From: Candidatus Poribacteria bacterium
GTDB lineage: Bacteria > Poribacteria > WGA-4E > JAJDTR01
DNA: 64,000 nucleotides
Assembly (NCBI GenBank): GCA_965222225.1
Contig: CBDCTK010000002.1
Coordinates: 3,040,001 to 3,104,000 of the forward strand
Direction: 5' to 3'
The notes below the pieces were generated by a model, which saw only the letters and a program-made list of their open reading frames with translations, was not told the DNA's origin and did no database searches. Below are positions 10,494 through 21,254 of the stretch, in pieces (the first letter of the stretch is position 1; every line of letters begins with the position of its first letter). The position numbers and the translations under genes were made by a program.

Positions 10494-11924
10494 ATGATAA
10501 TTCATAACGGCGGTCCCAATCTGAGTTTGGGGGAGGTCGTTCTCTTTCCTTTCGATGACTACAGCCTCCCATTTCAGAGGGGGGTTCGATTGCAGTTAAT
10601 TCCGAATAAAGGCGACCAAATCGTCGTGCCGTTTGGGCCTCCCGGCGCACCGGATAGTACAGGCATGAACTACTACGGCGCGGTCTGCAGAGTCGGCGAT
10701 GAACTGTGGATGTGGTATCTGGGGGGCAGCCAGGTGTGTTTTGCAAAGAGCACGGACGGCTACAACTGGAAACGTCCGTGCCTCAGGCTAATTTCTCATA
10801 ATGGCAGCACGCAGAACAATCTGGTGGATTTGGGCGGCGCAGCGTACAAGGTGGTGGCGTGTGTCGTGCTTTATGAACCCGAGGATCCCGATCCTAATCG
10901 CCGATTCAAGATGGTTTACGAGACGCATCGCAGAAACCCGTCACACGGCGGTCGCGCGGAGTTCAACGTTGCCGTTAGCGCGGATGGCATCCGCTGGACG
11001 GAACGCCCGGTCAATCCCCAGTATGTGTCCTGTGAAATGAGTGGTTTCATCAAGTTCAACGGGTGTTATTATGTCTCGGCGCAGAGCGGCGGCGGACATT
11101 TTCCGCGGCCTGAACGAAAGCTGGAAACTTTCGTTTCTTACGATTTCGAGAACTGGGTTGAAGCGGATTGCATGGGATTGCTGCGTGGCAACGTCCCGCC
11201 TCGACCGATGGTTGACGGGTCGCACGCCGGGGAGCAGATTCACCTCGGCGCGGGATTGTGGAACCGGGAGAACGTGATTATCGGCATCTACGGTCAATGG
11301 CACGGGCATCCGACGAACGATAGGAGTTTAATCTCCATGGATCTCGGGCTGGTGGTTAGCAACGACGCGCTGCACTACCGGGAACCGATACCCGATTTTC
11401 GCATCGTTCCGGCGTCGGAAAATAGCGCTGATCGGCTGTTCGGCGCTTTGATGCAGGGACAGGGATTCGAGAACATCAACGGCGAAACGCTGTTCTGGTA
11501 CGCGCCTTGGGGCGGTTGCAACGGCATTCGGGTGGCGAAGTGGGAACAGGATCGGCTGGGTTACTTTGAAGCCTTCTTGGGCATGAAGATGAATTCGCTG
11601 CAGGAATCGCACTTCGTCTCGGCACCGATAGATTTGGAGGGTAAACCGGCGCAGGTGGAGATTAACGTTGATGGTCTATCTGAGTACGCCGAGATTAGCG
11701 TGGAGATTCTGACGGAGCGATTCGAGGCGATTCCGGGATTTGGGCGAGACGACTGCACGGGGCCAAAGGAATCCGGGCTGCGGCAGTTGGTGACATGGGG
11801 GAACCGCGAAAGCCTTGAGAATATTGACGGCAAAGTGCGCGTGCGGGTGAATTTCGGCGGGATTCGTCCCGAGGATGTGAAGATTCACGCGATATATGTG
11901 AGTGAGCAAGGAAACGGACAGTGA
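10494..11924 (+). CDS. Beta-propeller glycoside-hydrolase-like protein (GH32/43/130 clan-like, Asp-boxes)
   Basis: STDGYNW and SADGIRW Asp-boxes, DPDPNRRFKM, C-terminal beta domain shared with paralogs in the window; AGGAG RBS. Confidence 0.65.
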   Translation: MIIHNGGPNLSLGEVVLFPFDDYSLPFQRGVRLQLIPNKGDQIVVPFGPPGAPDSTGMNYYGAVCRVGDELWMWYLGGSQVCFAKSTDGYNWKRPCLRLISHNGSTQNNLVDLGGAAYKVVACVVLYEPEDPDPNRRFKMVYETHRRNPSHGGRAEFNVAVSADGIRWTERPVNPQYVSCEMSGFIKFNGCYYVSAQSGGGHFPRPERKLETFVSYDFENWVEADCMGLLRGNVPPRPMVDGSHAGEQIHLGAGLWNRENVIIGIYGQWHGHPTNDRSLISMDLGLVVSNDALHYREPIPDFRIVPASENSADRLFGALMQGQGFENINGETLFWYAPWGGCNGIRVAKWEQDRLGYFEAFLGMKMNSLQESHFVSAPIDLEGKPAQVEINVDGLSEYAEISVEILTERFEAIPGFGRDDCTGPKESGLRQLVTWGNRESLENIDGKVRVRVNFGGIRPEDVKIHAIYVSEQGNGQ

Positions 11925-11957
11925 GCGCGATAGTAGATTGGAGAAGTTTAACTCAAG

Positions 11958-12776
11958 ATGAGACTTCTAGAATTGAAACCACTCTCTGACATCTACGCAC
12001 AAGAAGAAGATTTCACGGCAGATTTGGCTGAAAATCTCTCTGTTCTTGGACTCGGCGATTTTGAAGACGTGGAGACGGAGGTTTATGTCGGTCCTCGCAA
12101 AGCGGATATTATCGCCACAGGAGAGGATGGCGTACTCGTAGTCGAAAACCAATTCGGTAAGGCAGATTGGGATCACTGGGGCAGACTTGAATGCTACGCT
12201 CGATTGAGCGATGCTACGGTAGCAGCGCTGGTAGCTGAAGACTTCGAGGAACTGATGATTGAAACATGCAGGCTACGAAATCAGGTAGATACCATGACTG
12301 AATGGCACCTATTTCAATTAATAGCTAACACCTGCGATAAACTACATTTCATTCGTTTATACACGTCGCTATCCGCGTCCTCCAACAATTCGCCGCCAAA
12401 TGAATATACCGAATTTTGGGCGCCGATTCGATCAGACAGAAGCACGCCATTTGCCGGCTCCTCTTTGAACCGGACACAACTCACGAAGCGCATTAGGGGA
12501 GTGGAATTAACCTTAACGGTCCTTAGAATGAGGTCCGATATTCGGCTGCGTTTTCGCCGTAACCACCCTAGGGCTCAGGAAGTACGCGAGGAAATCGCGA
12601 ATCTCTTTCCTGATCGTGAACCTGAGGATGAATCTAACGACAATTTCGTCATACTTTATTTTCGCAATGTGGCTGAGGGAATAAGCAATCGGTCCGCCTG
12701 GCCCCAAATACAAGAGACACTAGTCAGCATGGGCACCGAAATCTATAATCTGCTGACTCGTCTTCTGAACGGATAG
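11958..12776 (+). CDS. PD-(D/E)xK nuclease-like protein (DUF4268/NucS-like)
   Basis: E-x-x-VG..ADIIA..VVENQFGKADWDHWGRL..YA pattern. Confidence 0.55.
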   Translation: MRLLELKPLSDIYAQEEDFTADLAENLSVLGLGDFEDVETEVYVGPRKADIIATGEDGVLVVENQFGKADWDHWGRLECYARLSDATVAALVAEDFEELMIETCRLRNQVDTMTEWHLFQLIANTCDKLHFIRLYTSLSASSNNSPPNEYTEFWAPIRSDRSTPFAGSSLNRTQLTKRIRGVELTLTVLRMRSDIRLRFRRNHPRAQEVREEIANLFPDREPEDESNDNFVILYFRNVAEGISNRSAWPQIQETLVSMGTEIYNLLTRLLNG

Positions 12777-13023
12777 CTCGTGAGCCAATGAATGGTAATC
12801 CCAATTCCCTATATTTGCAGTGCATTAATGGCGTCAATCAAGTCTCTCCAAAGCGGGGCAAGATGCCCCGCCTACGGGGTTAGGTGTGAAGGGGAACAGT
12901 TAGTATGGGTCGTGTCAAAATAGTATAATGCAAACTACTACGCGCTCTATTATTCAAACGACATGGTATAAACAGCCACGGTAACCGAACGAGATTGTTC
13001 AAACAACCACAGGTGAGGTTGAA

Positions 13024-13998
13024 ATGAGTCTAACGAAAGAGGAAGTCAATCAGTTTGAACAAGAAGGATGGGTTATGAAGCGCAAGGTGTTCTCTCGCGG
13101 GGATATGGAGCCCATCCGGGACGCCCTGACCGAGATTGTGCACCGAGAAGCCTTGGCGTTGAAGGAGAAGGGGATGCTCAATGAGATTTACGAGGATCAA
13201 CCCTTCGAAACCCGCCTAACTCATATTCGGTACGCCAACGCCGATGCCTGTCGAGTCATTTATAAAAGCATCATGGGAAAGGCTGGCGGAGGCTTTAGCG
13301 GCGAGTCGATGTTCCACTTCGTGAGGCACCGCCCGCTGCTTTCCTGTATCGAGAGCCTTCTGGGACCCGACATCATCGGCTCTGCAATCTATCGCGTCCG
13401 TCCAAAGATTCCGGAGTGGGCGCATGGGGAGGTGCCTTGGCATCAGGATTCGGGTTACTTCATGCCGCATTGCGACAAATATCTCATATTGACGTGTTGG
13501 ATTCCTCTGGTGGATGCCCCGCTCGAAAACGGCTGTCTTTTCGTGTTGCCCAGGTCGCATAAGAGAGGGGTCATACGGCATTATACCGGGGGGCACTCGG
13601 GCTATCTTGAGGTGCCGGGAGATTTACTGGGTCAGGTTAAACCGATACCGGTTGAGATGGAGGCGGGGAGCGTGCTTTTCTTGACGAGCGTGACTCCGCA
13701 CGCCTCTTTCGAAAACCACAGCGGAACCGTGCGATGGAGTCTGGATCTCAGGTATCAGAGCATGGAGGCGCCGAACAATGTGGATGAGGAGCCGGAGACT
13801 TATACGCGCGAGCGAGAGCCGGTGACGATGGCTTGCCTTCCGACCGAAGCGGATTTTGTAGTCCGAGACACGAAGAACCCGCACCGCGAGGTGGCTACGC
13901 CGGAGCAGTTTCACCAGATTCGAGAGAAGTACGAAAACGCACATCCCTATTACCCGGGTCGTGGGTGGACGCCGATGTCGGAGCGATCAACCGAGTGA
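13024..13998 (+). CDS. Phytanoyl-CoA dioxygenase family (Fe/2OG), copy 1
   Basis: WHQD, TCWIPLVDA..ENGCL..P.SH, distal H in TPHAS, RWSLDLRY. Confidence 0.9.
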   Translation: MSLTKEEVNQFEQEGWVMKRKVFSRGDMEPIRDALTEIVHREALALKEKGMLNEIYEDQPFETRLTHIRYANADACRVIYKSIMGKAGGGFSGESMFHFVRHRPLLSCIESLLGPDIIGSAIYRVRPKIPEWAHGEVPWHQDSGYFMPHCDKYLILTCWIPLVDAPLENGCLFVLPRSHKRGVIRHYTGGHSGYLEVPGDLLGQVKPIPVEMEAGSVLFLTSVTPHASFENHSGTVRWSLDLRYQSMEAPNNVDEEPETYTREREPVTMACLPTEADFVVRDTKNPHREVATPEQFHQIREKYENAHPYYPGRGWTPMSERSTE

Positions 13999-14120
13999 AA
14001 CTCGCTCCTACAGAAATCACACCGCACGGCTATGGGCATAACACCATTACAAATGGTTCGCTCCAGAGCGGGAATGGATAACCGAACGAGATTGTTCAAG
14101 AGACCATTGGTGAGGTTGAA

Positions 14121-15095
14121 ATGAGTCTAACGAAAGAGGAAGTCCATCAGTTTGAACGGGAAGGGTGGGTTATGAAGCGCAAGGTGTTTTCTCGCGGGGA
14201 TATGGAGCCCATCCAGAAAGGACTGACCGAGATTGTGCACCGAGAAGCCTTGGCTTTGAAAGAGCAGGGGATGCTGGATGAGATTTACGAAGATAAACCC
14301 TTCGAAACCCGCCTAGCCTATATTCGCTACGCCAACCCCGAGGCGTGTCGGGTCATTTATCGAAGCATCATGGGAAAGGCTGGCGGCGGCTTCAGCGGAG
14401 AGGGGATGTTCCACTTCGTGAGGCATCGACCGCTGCTTTCCTGTATCGAAAGCCTTCTGGGACCCGATATCATCGGCGCCTCAATCTATCGCGTCCGTCC
14501 AAAGTTGCCGGAGTGGGCGCACGGCGAGGTGCCTTGGCATCAGGATTCGGGTTACTTCATGCCGCATTGCGACAAATTCCTCATATTGACGTGTTGGATC
14601 CCTCTGGTGGATGCCACGCTCGAAAACGGCTGTCTTTTTGTGCTGCCCGGATTGCATACACGGGGAGTGACACGCCATTATACGGGTGGACACTCGGGCT
14701 ATCTCGAGGTGCCGGGAGATTTACTCGGTCAGGTTAAACCGACATCGGTTGAAATGGAGGCGGGGAGCGTGCTTTTCTTGACGAACCTGACTCCGCACGC
14801 CTCCTTCGAGAACCACAGCGGCGTCGTGCGATGGAGTTTGGATCTCAGGTATCAAAGTATGGAGGCGCCGAACAATGTGGATGAGGAGCCGGAGTCGTAT
14901 ACACTCGAGCGAGAGCCGGTGACGATGGCTTGCGCTCCCACCGAAGCGGATTTTGTAGTCCGAGACACGAAGAACCCGCACCGCGAGGTGGCTACGCCGG
15001 AGCAGTTTCACCAGATTCGAGAGAAGTACGAAAATGCGCGTCCCTATCACCCGGGCCGTGGGTGGACGCCAATGTCGGAGCGGTCAAGCGAGTGA
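14121..15095 (+). CDS. Phytanoyl-CoA dioxygenase family, copy 2 (tandem duplicate)
   Basis: Same length and near-identical to 13024..13998, including about 40 bp upstream. Confidence 0.9.
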   Translation: MSLTKEEVHQFEREGWVMKRKVFSRGDMEPIQKGLTEIVHREALALKEQGMLDEIYEDKPFETRLAYIRYANPEACRVIYRSIMGKAGGGFSGEGMFHFVRHRPLLSCIESLLGPDIIGASIYRVRPKLPEWAHGEVPWHQDSGYFMPHCDKFLILTCWIPLVDATLENGCLFVLPGLHTRGVTRHYTGGHSGYLEVPGDLLGQVKPTSVEMEAGSVLFLTNLTPHASFENHSGVVRWSLDLRYQSMEAPNNVDEEPESYTLEREPVTMACAPTEADFVVRDTKNPHREVATPEQFHQIREKYENARPYHPGRGWTPMSERSSE

Positions 15096-15529
15096 ATAGC
15101 GAGCAATCTCGTTCCTAAATAAAGCAGTCAGTTGGGTTTCGCTACGTTCTTGTGCACAAGCGGGACATTGGAAAACAGGATTCTCTTGAAAATTTGATGA
15201 GATTTGGATGACGACGCTCAACCTAACCTACGAGGCCGACCACTTGTGTGGAGCGGAGTAAGAAGCCTTGTCTCCGCGCAAGGTCGGTGGGGCAAAGGGA
15301 CCTCTATCGCACAGGATTTACTATCGCCCTCCTTATCCAGTCGGTTGATCCTACAAGAAATGGTGGGCAGTGCCCACCCTACAAATGTACTAGCCACGGC
15401 CCCTGTCGCGAGTAAAACTCGCCCCTACAGAAGACACGCGGTCTGGATTTGCCAATCCAGACCGATCAGTTAGGGAGATAGCCGAGCAGAGAAGCGCAGA
15501 GCGAATCCCGATGAATCGGGGCTTACAAA

Positions 15530-15554
15530 GGCTGGTGCGCAGTGCGCACCCTAC
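15530..15554 (-). repeat. REP family B, GGCTGGTGCGCAGTGCGCACCCTAC
   Basis: Intact copies at about 9406, 15530, 18743, 26019, 38505, 15361, 51567; interrupted copies at 40919, 50591, 60411. Confidence 0.85.
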
Positions 15555-15819
15555 GGGATTGGGCAAGAAAGAAACGGAGTTTTCAAGAAAACAAGGATCT
15601 CTATCGTATTCGCCATTCGCTCATTTGATCCTATCTGTTCGGTTGATTGTTCAACCGAACCTACGGACTGTCGCGACCGGGAGATCGCTCCTACAATGAC
15701 CCCATCTGCTGATGGACCTCTATCGCACTTGTTATTCACTCGTTTGAAGGGATTTCTATCGGGATTTACTATCGCCTTCGCTATTCGCTCGGTCGATCCC
15801 ACCCTACAAAAAAGCTTGA

Positions 15820-17367
15820 TTACTTGATTTTTAATTCAAGGAGTTTGACCCGCCGGGAGGTATGCACTAAGTTGTACTTCTCCCAATACTTCTCCAAATC
15901 CTTGTCCTTATTGTCCCCAGGATCGTGCCATATCAGGACGTAATCGGCATTTTCCTTATCTTCCTTGGAGGGATGAGATGCCCAGTTCACCGGGAAGTAG
16001 GAGAATCTCGCCTCATAGTTGTCGAGGTAAACAACGTCTTTCGCCGCCAATGCGTAGTAGCAGGGGGAATGGTGAAACGGGTTGACGTATTTCACATCTC
16101 CCAAGGGTTCGGACAAGCCGGAACCATCGCCGAGGACGAAGGTGGAGTGCGGCTTGATGAGTTTGGTCGCCGCTACTTGCTCGGAAATCTCGGGTTGAAG
16201 GACAGCGTACTCGTAGTAGTATCTGCCGATGTGTATCAGGGACAGGATTACCAGAGCCGCGCCGAAAATGTACCGCAACGACTTATGGAAAGCGGCAAAC
16301 CAAGCTGCTAAAAAGAGGAAGACATAGATGTAAATCCTTTCGTTGACCCAACTTCCGCCCGATTGGTTGCTCGGCGACTTGAAAAACATCACGGCGAAGA
16401 TTATGGCTAACAGCAGGAACACGTCTCGCTCCGTGAACCACTGCCGTTTCCAGATTCGATGCACGATTGTCGCAAGCGCCGCAACCATGAGCACTCCCAG
16501 TATGATTCGCGTAACGCCAATATGCCAGTCCGTGTATGAAACAAGGATGAGCATGTTCCAAAAGTAGTTCGTCAACCATTCCATCTCCGGCACCGATTCA
16601 TCGAACGGCTGGCGCGTACGGAGAAAGAAGACCAACCCAAGGATGTACGCCAACAGCATGTAGCCGCCGTATGCCCCCAGCGGTGCGAGTTGTGAGCGAA
16701 TTGCCCGCCATACGGTTGGGGCGGAGAAGCCTCCCTTCTCTAGTCCCCGCAGGTTTTTGATCGCCCCCGAGACGAAGTCGAATAGCGCGATTAACGCCAG
16801 TGCCGCCAAGAGCAGGGCGTAGGAGCCGAAATGGGTCACGTAGGTGAGAACCAACAGGACATTGAGGACGACGATTTGACGAACGTGGATGTCGTGCCTG
16901 TGTTTCCACCAATAGCCCAGTGTGAACAGGGCGAGGGAGACACTTAGCGCGAAGTTGTAAAACCCCATGTGGAGCAGATTGTGGTGGGAAAAAATGAACC
17001 CGACGAGGCTGAATAGCACATGTCGCCGATCTATCGCGCCCAGCAGGTAGCATAGCGACAACGGCAGCAACGCAACGGTCACGGTGAGGAATATCTTCTC
17101 CGCAATCGTCGGGGGCACAATGTACATCAGCGCCGTCATCGAAGCGTGCGATGTCCAGTTCGGGAAGAGCCTGAGGTTTAGCCTGTAAGCCTCGCGTATT
17201 TCATGATTGTCGGTATCATGATAGTCCCTCAATACCTTTGCGTTGTAGACGTGGGCGGGGCCGTCCTGCGTGGGAAAATAGGGGAAGATCCAAATCGGAG
17301 CCACGTGTATCACGAGCAGCGCAATGAATAGGTTTTTCCACGTACAGTACTGAAGCAGTCGGTTCAT
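15820..17367 (-). CDS. Multi-pass membrane protein, possibly GT-C-fold glycosyltransferase-like
   Basis: About 10 hydrophobic segments; N-terminal loop PTQDGPAH; GFYNF; soluble C-terminal domain. Confidence 0.55.
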   Translation of the reverse strand: MNRLLQYCTWKNLFIALLVIHVAPIWIFPYFPTQDGPAHVYNAKVLRDYHDTDNHEIREAYRLNLRLFPNWTSHASMTALMYIVPPTIAEKIFLTVTVALLPLSLCYLLGAIDRRHVLFSLVGFIFSHHNLLHMGFYNFALSVSLALFTLGYWWKHRHDIHVRQIVVLNVLLVLTYVTHFGSYALLLAALALIALFDFVSGAIKNLRGLEKGGFSAPTVWRAIRSQLAPLGAYGGYMLLAYILGLVFFLRTRQPFDESVPEMEWLTNYFWNMLILVSYTDWHIGVTRIILGVLMVAALATIVHRIWKRQWFTERDVFLLLAIIFAVMFFKSPSNQSGGSWVNERIYIYVFLFLAAWFAAFHKSLRYIFGAALVILSLIHIGRYYYEYAVLQPEISEQVAATKLIKPHSTFVLGDGSGLSEPLGDVKYVNPFHHSPCYYALAAKDVVYLDNYEARFSYFPVNWASHPSKEDKENADYVLIWHDPGDNKDKDLEKYWEKYNLVHTSRRVKLLELKIK

Positions 17368-17610
17368 GGTTTTTTACTTTCAGTGCTCGCACGTCGTGCA
17401 TGTGTCATTAAAGCGGGTAGTCGTGCCGCGCTTTGGAGCCTCATTGAATAACAGTTGGCAAAGTCATTCTCGGGCATTTGCGATGAGCAGGTTTCTATCG
17501 CGGTCACTATCCGTTCCCTTGATCGTTATCCACTCGCTTGATTCTACTGAATCGCGACCGGGAGGTCGCTCCTACCAAGCCCATCATTAAGGGCGCAACT
17601 TAGCCGCGTT

Positions 17611-18435
17611 TTAATGAGCGGTTTTCAGCGCCCCCCAACTCGTTGCGAGTTTTTCATCGGGCTGGACAGCCAAGCCGGACCAGGCTTTGATGTTTTGCAT
17701 TAGTTCATTTTCCGTCAGCGCCTTGTCGTAGACACGAAAAAGGGCGAAAGATCCGTTGAAGTTGCGATTTTTCTCGCCGGGAGAGAAGGAGCCGATTGTG
17801 ATTACCCTCAGCGGAATCTTTTTGTCAAAGTCGACGCCCGGCTGCTTGCTGACCTCTCTACCGTTCTGGTATACCAAAATCTCCTTCTTGTCCTCGCCGG
17901 TAAGCGCTATCCAGTTCCACACGCCCTCCTCAAGTCTGACGTTTGAGGCGATCGACATATCTGCGCCTCCCTGATAAATGCCGATTCCGAGTGTGTCCCC
18001 GTCTTTAAGACCCAACCGAAAACCCTGACGCCCCTCCGGCAACGTGTTGATGCCAGCGAGTTGATGCTCTTCACGGAACAGGTCGCCGTTGCGCCGCACG
18101 AGGAACTCAATCGTCCAGTCTTCAAGCCCGAGTGGAGAAGCGAAGGCTTTGGTTCCGTACATTTCGGCGCTTTTCCGGGCGGTGTAATACTTCGTCTTGC
18201 GCTCGTTAATGCCGATATCCGGGATTTTGATGGGTCCCTCTTCGAGTGCGGGCTGGAGTGCCATAGGCGGTATCGCGCCGCCATCTCCGGCGAGGTTTGT
18301 CCAGGCGTCGGGGTGTGTGGGGTTGTCGCGGGCGTCGAGGTAGAGCACGGCGCCGGGGACGATATCGGCGAGCACCGCAGTGCATAGCGTTGCCAAGAAG
18401 AACGCTGCGCCGAGGATTGACATCACTGTTCTCAT
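17611..18435 (-). CDS. Secreted LamG/concanavalin-like protein with C-terminal AVQPDEKLATSWGALK motif
   Basis: Signal peptide MRTVMSILGAAFFLATLCTAVLA; WTIEF, WNWIALT, VYQNG, FNGSFALFRVYDKALT. Confidence 0.75.
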   Translation of the reverse strand: MRTVMSILGAAFFLATLCTAVLADIVPGAVLYLDARDNPTHPDAWTNLAGDGGAIPPMALQPALEEGPIKIPDIGINERKTKYYTARKSAEMYGTKAFASPLGLEDWTIEFLVRRNGDLFREEHQLAGINTLPEGRQGFRLGLKDGDTLGIGIYQGGADMSIASNVRLEEGVWNWIALTGEDKKEILVYQNGREVSKQPGVDFDKKIPLRVITIGSFSPGEKNRNFNGSFALFRVYDKALTENELMQNIKAWSGLAVQPDEKLATSWGALKTAH

Positions 18436-18549
18436 TTTGTTTCCCTCCGTGATTTCTTTTGTGCGTTCAGGTGTCGGGGACGTGAATATCAACAAGGAAG
18501 CGTCAGCAACGGTGCGTTTGATTTAGCGATGCTGTTCTCAAGCCGGGCT

Positions 18550-18578
18550 ATTGTACTACTTTTCACCGTTCTTGTCTA
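18550..18578 (-). promoter_or_regulatory. Sigma70-like promoter of the LamG gene
   Basis: Minus strand TAGACA-17 bp-TACAAT; near-identical copy at 25814-25842. Confidence 0.6.
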
Positions 18579-19535
18579 TCGGTTTCGGTTGGGGCGGGGG
18601 TAGGATGGAAAGGAGTGAACAGTGATCTGTGGTCAGTGAGGAAAGGTCGCAAATTGTCTGAATGAGATTTCTATAGGACTCACTGCGGAATCTACTATCG
18701 CCCTCACTATTCGTTCAGCTGATCCCTTCCGGGGCATCTGGAGGCTGGTGCGCAGTGCGCACCCTACAAGATGACAATTCAGAATTGTACGTTTGTACAA
18801 AGTCGAGCTAAGTGTTTGCCTCGTCTCTGTCAGCTATCTGAATCTTAATTCGTTGGGGTTTGGGCTCCTCGGGATTTTCAATAAGTAACTGTATTCCATT
18901 TTTTTCATTTGAACTTAAGAGCTGTTCAAAGTTCATTATGCGAATGCCTAAATCTCTTAATTGACTACGAGTCTTGAGAATATCTCCATCCTCTGTCACA
19001 AATATATCTCTGCCTGCCAAGTAATGAGCGTGGATGTGGTCGAAATCTAGATATTGTGGCAGATTCTTCCCGGTCTTTTTAAAACTGTCAATAATGGACT
19101 CAGCCACGATAAGAAACTCGGCACTCCCCGGTTTGTCAAACTCTGGATTAAGGAGGAATCGATTGCTTTTGCTGTCGAAGCAATTTCGCATAATCGAAGG
19201 GATCTTTCTTATAAAGCTATCTGTGAGAAACCGCTCATCTGATGGGTTGAGTGACAAATCATCTCGAATTCGTTGCGTAACTGCTAAATCCACGGGGCAT
19301 TCTCCCGAAGTTTCCAGGGGTCTAATATTTTTCCACGCTTCATATTGATAACCTCATTGGTATCTAATGTTATTGATGGCAGATGATAAATGCAATCTAC
19401 TTTCACTACATCTGCCTCCGCATGATACATCAACACATTTAGTGTACTGGAAGTGGGGAAGACTAGTGTTAAACGAACCTCGGGCAAATCAGGTTGTGCC
19501 AGTTGAGCAGATTGTTCGCCTATAGTTCGTATATA

Positions 19536-20507
19536 ACCAATGGTGCTAGTTTGAAATTTGGAGGTTAATAAGCATAACATTCCCTTTTGGCTTTGCTTTA
19601 ACGCGAAAGGTATCAGGGCATGAGACGATTTCCTCGATTCTACCGTTAATTTGAGTATCGGTAGCTATCAAATAACGGGAGGAAATCTAGACTCATGACC
19701 ATAGTAGATTTTATCACAGAACTGTTTTGTTGTGTTGATGATAAACTCTCACAGCACGGTAAAAACCATAAGCATAGCCATGCCAAACTTTATCCGTCTG
19801 AAGTGGTTACCATTGCCATGCTCTTTGCGCTCAAGGGTGTGGGTAATCGAGCCTCCTATCGCTGGATAGCGAACAATTTCAAATCCTTATTTCCGAAGTT
19901 ACCCGAGCGTACCCGATTGTTCCGCTTATTCGACGGGCATCAACATCTCATTGACGTTTTTATGGCGAATCCTTCGCTTATCGGTGGAATTGACACGTAC
20001 GGTATTGAATTGATTCACCCGCGCCGAGAAGGGCGCTCTAAACGTCAAATCGGACGCAAAGGCATTTCCAACCAACGATGGATTGTAGGTGGAAAACTTT
20101 GCTTGCTACACAATCATCTCGGACTGATTGTCAACTGGGACTGCGACACTGCCAATGTACATGATGGGAGTGCCTTCCAACATCTCGTTGATGGGGTCAG
20201 TGACCAGATGGTTGTTTTTGCCGATGTAAATTTCGCCAAAGCGGATTGGTTCCCTTCCAACTTGCGTCTGTGCCGACGTGGCGAGTGGAATTCTCGGATG
20301 CTGGTAGAAACGATTTTGTCCATGTTGACGCTAGTGTGCCATTTTAAGAAAGTCATGCACCGTCGTTGGAGTTACTTCAAAACGCGAGTCGGCTTTACAA
20401 TGGCTTTGGTCAATCTCTTGGTACAGTGGAATGGATTGTCGATTGACGACGATGGCTTTGTGCCTCTGTCAATAGCTCAATTCAGTCTCTAAACTAGCAC
20501 CAAAGGT
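19536..20507 (+). mobile_element. IS982-like insertion sequence
   Basis: TIRs ACCAATGGTGCTAGTTT / AAACTAGCACCAAAGGT; TATATA duplicated at 19530-19535 and 20508-20513. Confidence 0.85.
19695..20492 (+). CDS. IS982-like DDE transposase
   Basis: FCCVDD, LYPSEVVTI, LPERTRLFR, IDTYGIE, NVHD, FAD, RMLVETILS. Confidence 0.8.
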   Translation: MTIVDFITELFCCVDDKLSQHGKNHKHSHAKLYPSEVVTIAMLFALKGVGNRASYRWIANNFKSLFPKLPERTRLFRLFDGHQHLIDVFMANPSLIGGIDTYGIELIHPRREGRSKRQIGRKGISNQRWIVGGKLCLLHNHLGLIVNWDCDTANVHDGSAFQHLVDGVSDQMVVFADVNFAKADWFPSNLRLCRRGEWNSRMLVETILSMLTLVCHFKKVMHRRWSYFKTRVGFTMALVNLLVQWNGLSIDDDGFVPLSIAQFSL

Positions 20508-20996
20508 TATATACACGTCCCGTACCTCTGTCACAGTTTTAATCACAAAGTCATCGCAGTCCGCATTTATCCTGTCGATTTCCTCCTTTGGAACGTAAGC
20601 AATTCCATTCAGTTGATTATTCTTGTCTTTACGATCTATCCTGATTCTCTCTATTAACTCACTTTTCGCTATTGGCTGGTTGACATGATTTTCCAGTGCA
20701 GAAGAAAGCTGCCCAATTAGGCGGTTTTGCCATTGATGGTGGTATTCCTTCCAACTTTTGGATTCAGTAGACATATTGCCAAAGAAGATTTCAACATTCA
20801 CGTTTTTTAGTTCTTTGACCTGCACTGCCGTAAGTTGGGGTGCCTGATTCTCCAAGTCTCTGAGTGCATTGTCGCATGCTTCCTTGAGTCGGGCGTTAGA
20901 TTCAGTGAATTCCTTTTTCAAACCTCTTAGAAACGACGTTGCTAATTCGTCCATTGGAATGTCCTTTTCATTCTTATTCGTCGATTGAAGATTTTC

Positions 20997-21254
20997 ACTA
21001 AGTTCTGTAGGTAGTTCATCGCCAGCAGATCATTGAGACGAGCATAAATAGGTGTGCTCACATATTCAAATCGGGCAAATCAACCATTTCTGTTTTGAAT
21101 GAGGGGGGCAACCCCGCCCCTACGATTGAGGGGGAGTTTGCTCTCAATGAAATCGCGACATGCACCAGGAGCCGTAGGGGTTGGGTCTCCCAACCCGTTG
21201 GGTACCTTCCTCGTTTTACGCACCCGCCTAACATAAATTTCGACAGAACCTAGT
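20997..21254. mobile_element. MITE-like element enclosing REP hairpins
   Basis: Inverted ends ACTAAGTTCTGT / ACAGAACCTAGT; internal GGGGGCAACCCCGCCCCTAC and GTAGGGGTTGGG…CCCAACCC. Confidence 0.45.

Larger units (their letters stand above)
18808..20954 (-). pseudogene. Protein with C-terminal PIN-like domain, split by an IS982-family element and a frameshift near 19340
   Basis: Removing the IS and one TATATA joins …VRDVYI|RTIGEQ…ITLDTNEVIN. A shifted frame then continues YEAWKNIRPLE…VDLAVTQRIRDD…DHIHAH…DIFVTED (PIN-like acidic motifs). Confidence 0.65.

Noticed and set aside
13024-15095. Diversity-generating retroelement template/variable pair among duplicated genes
   Set aside because: Differences are spread over whole genes, are not adenine-specific, and no reverse transcriptase is present.
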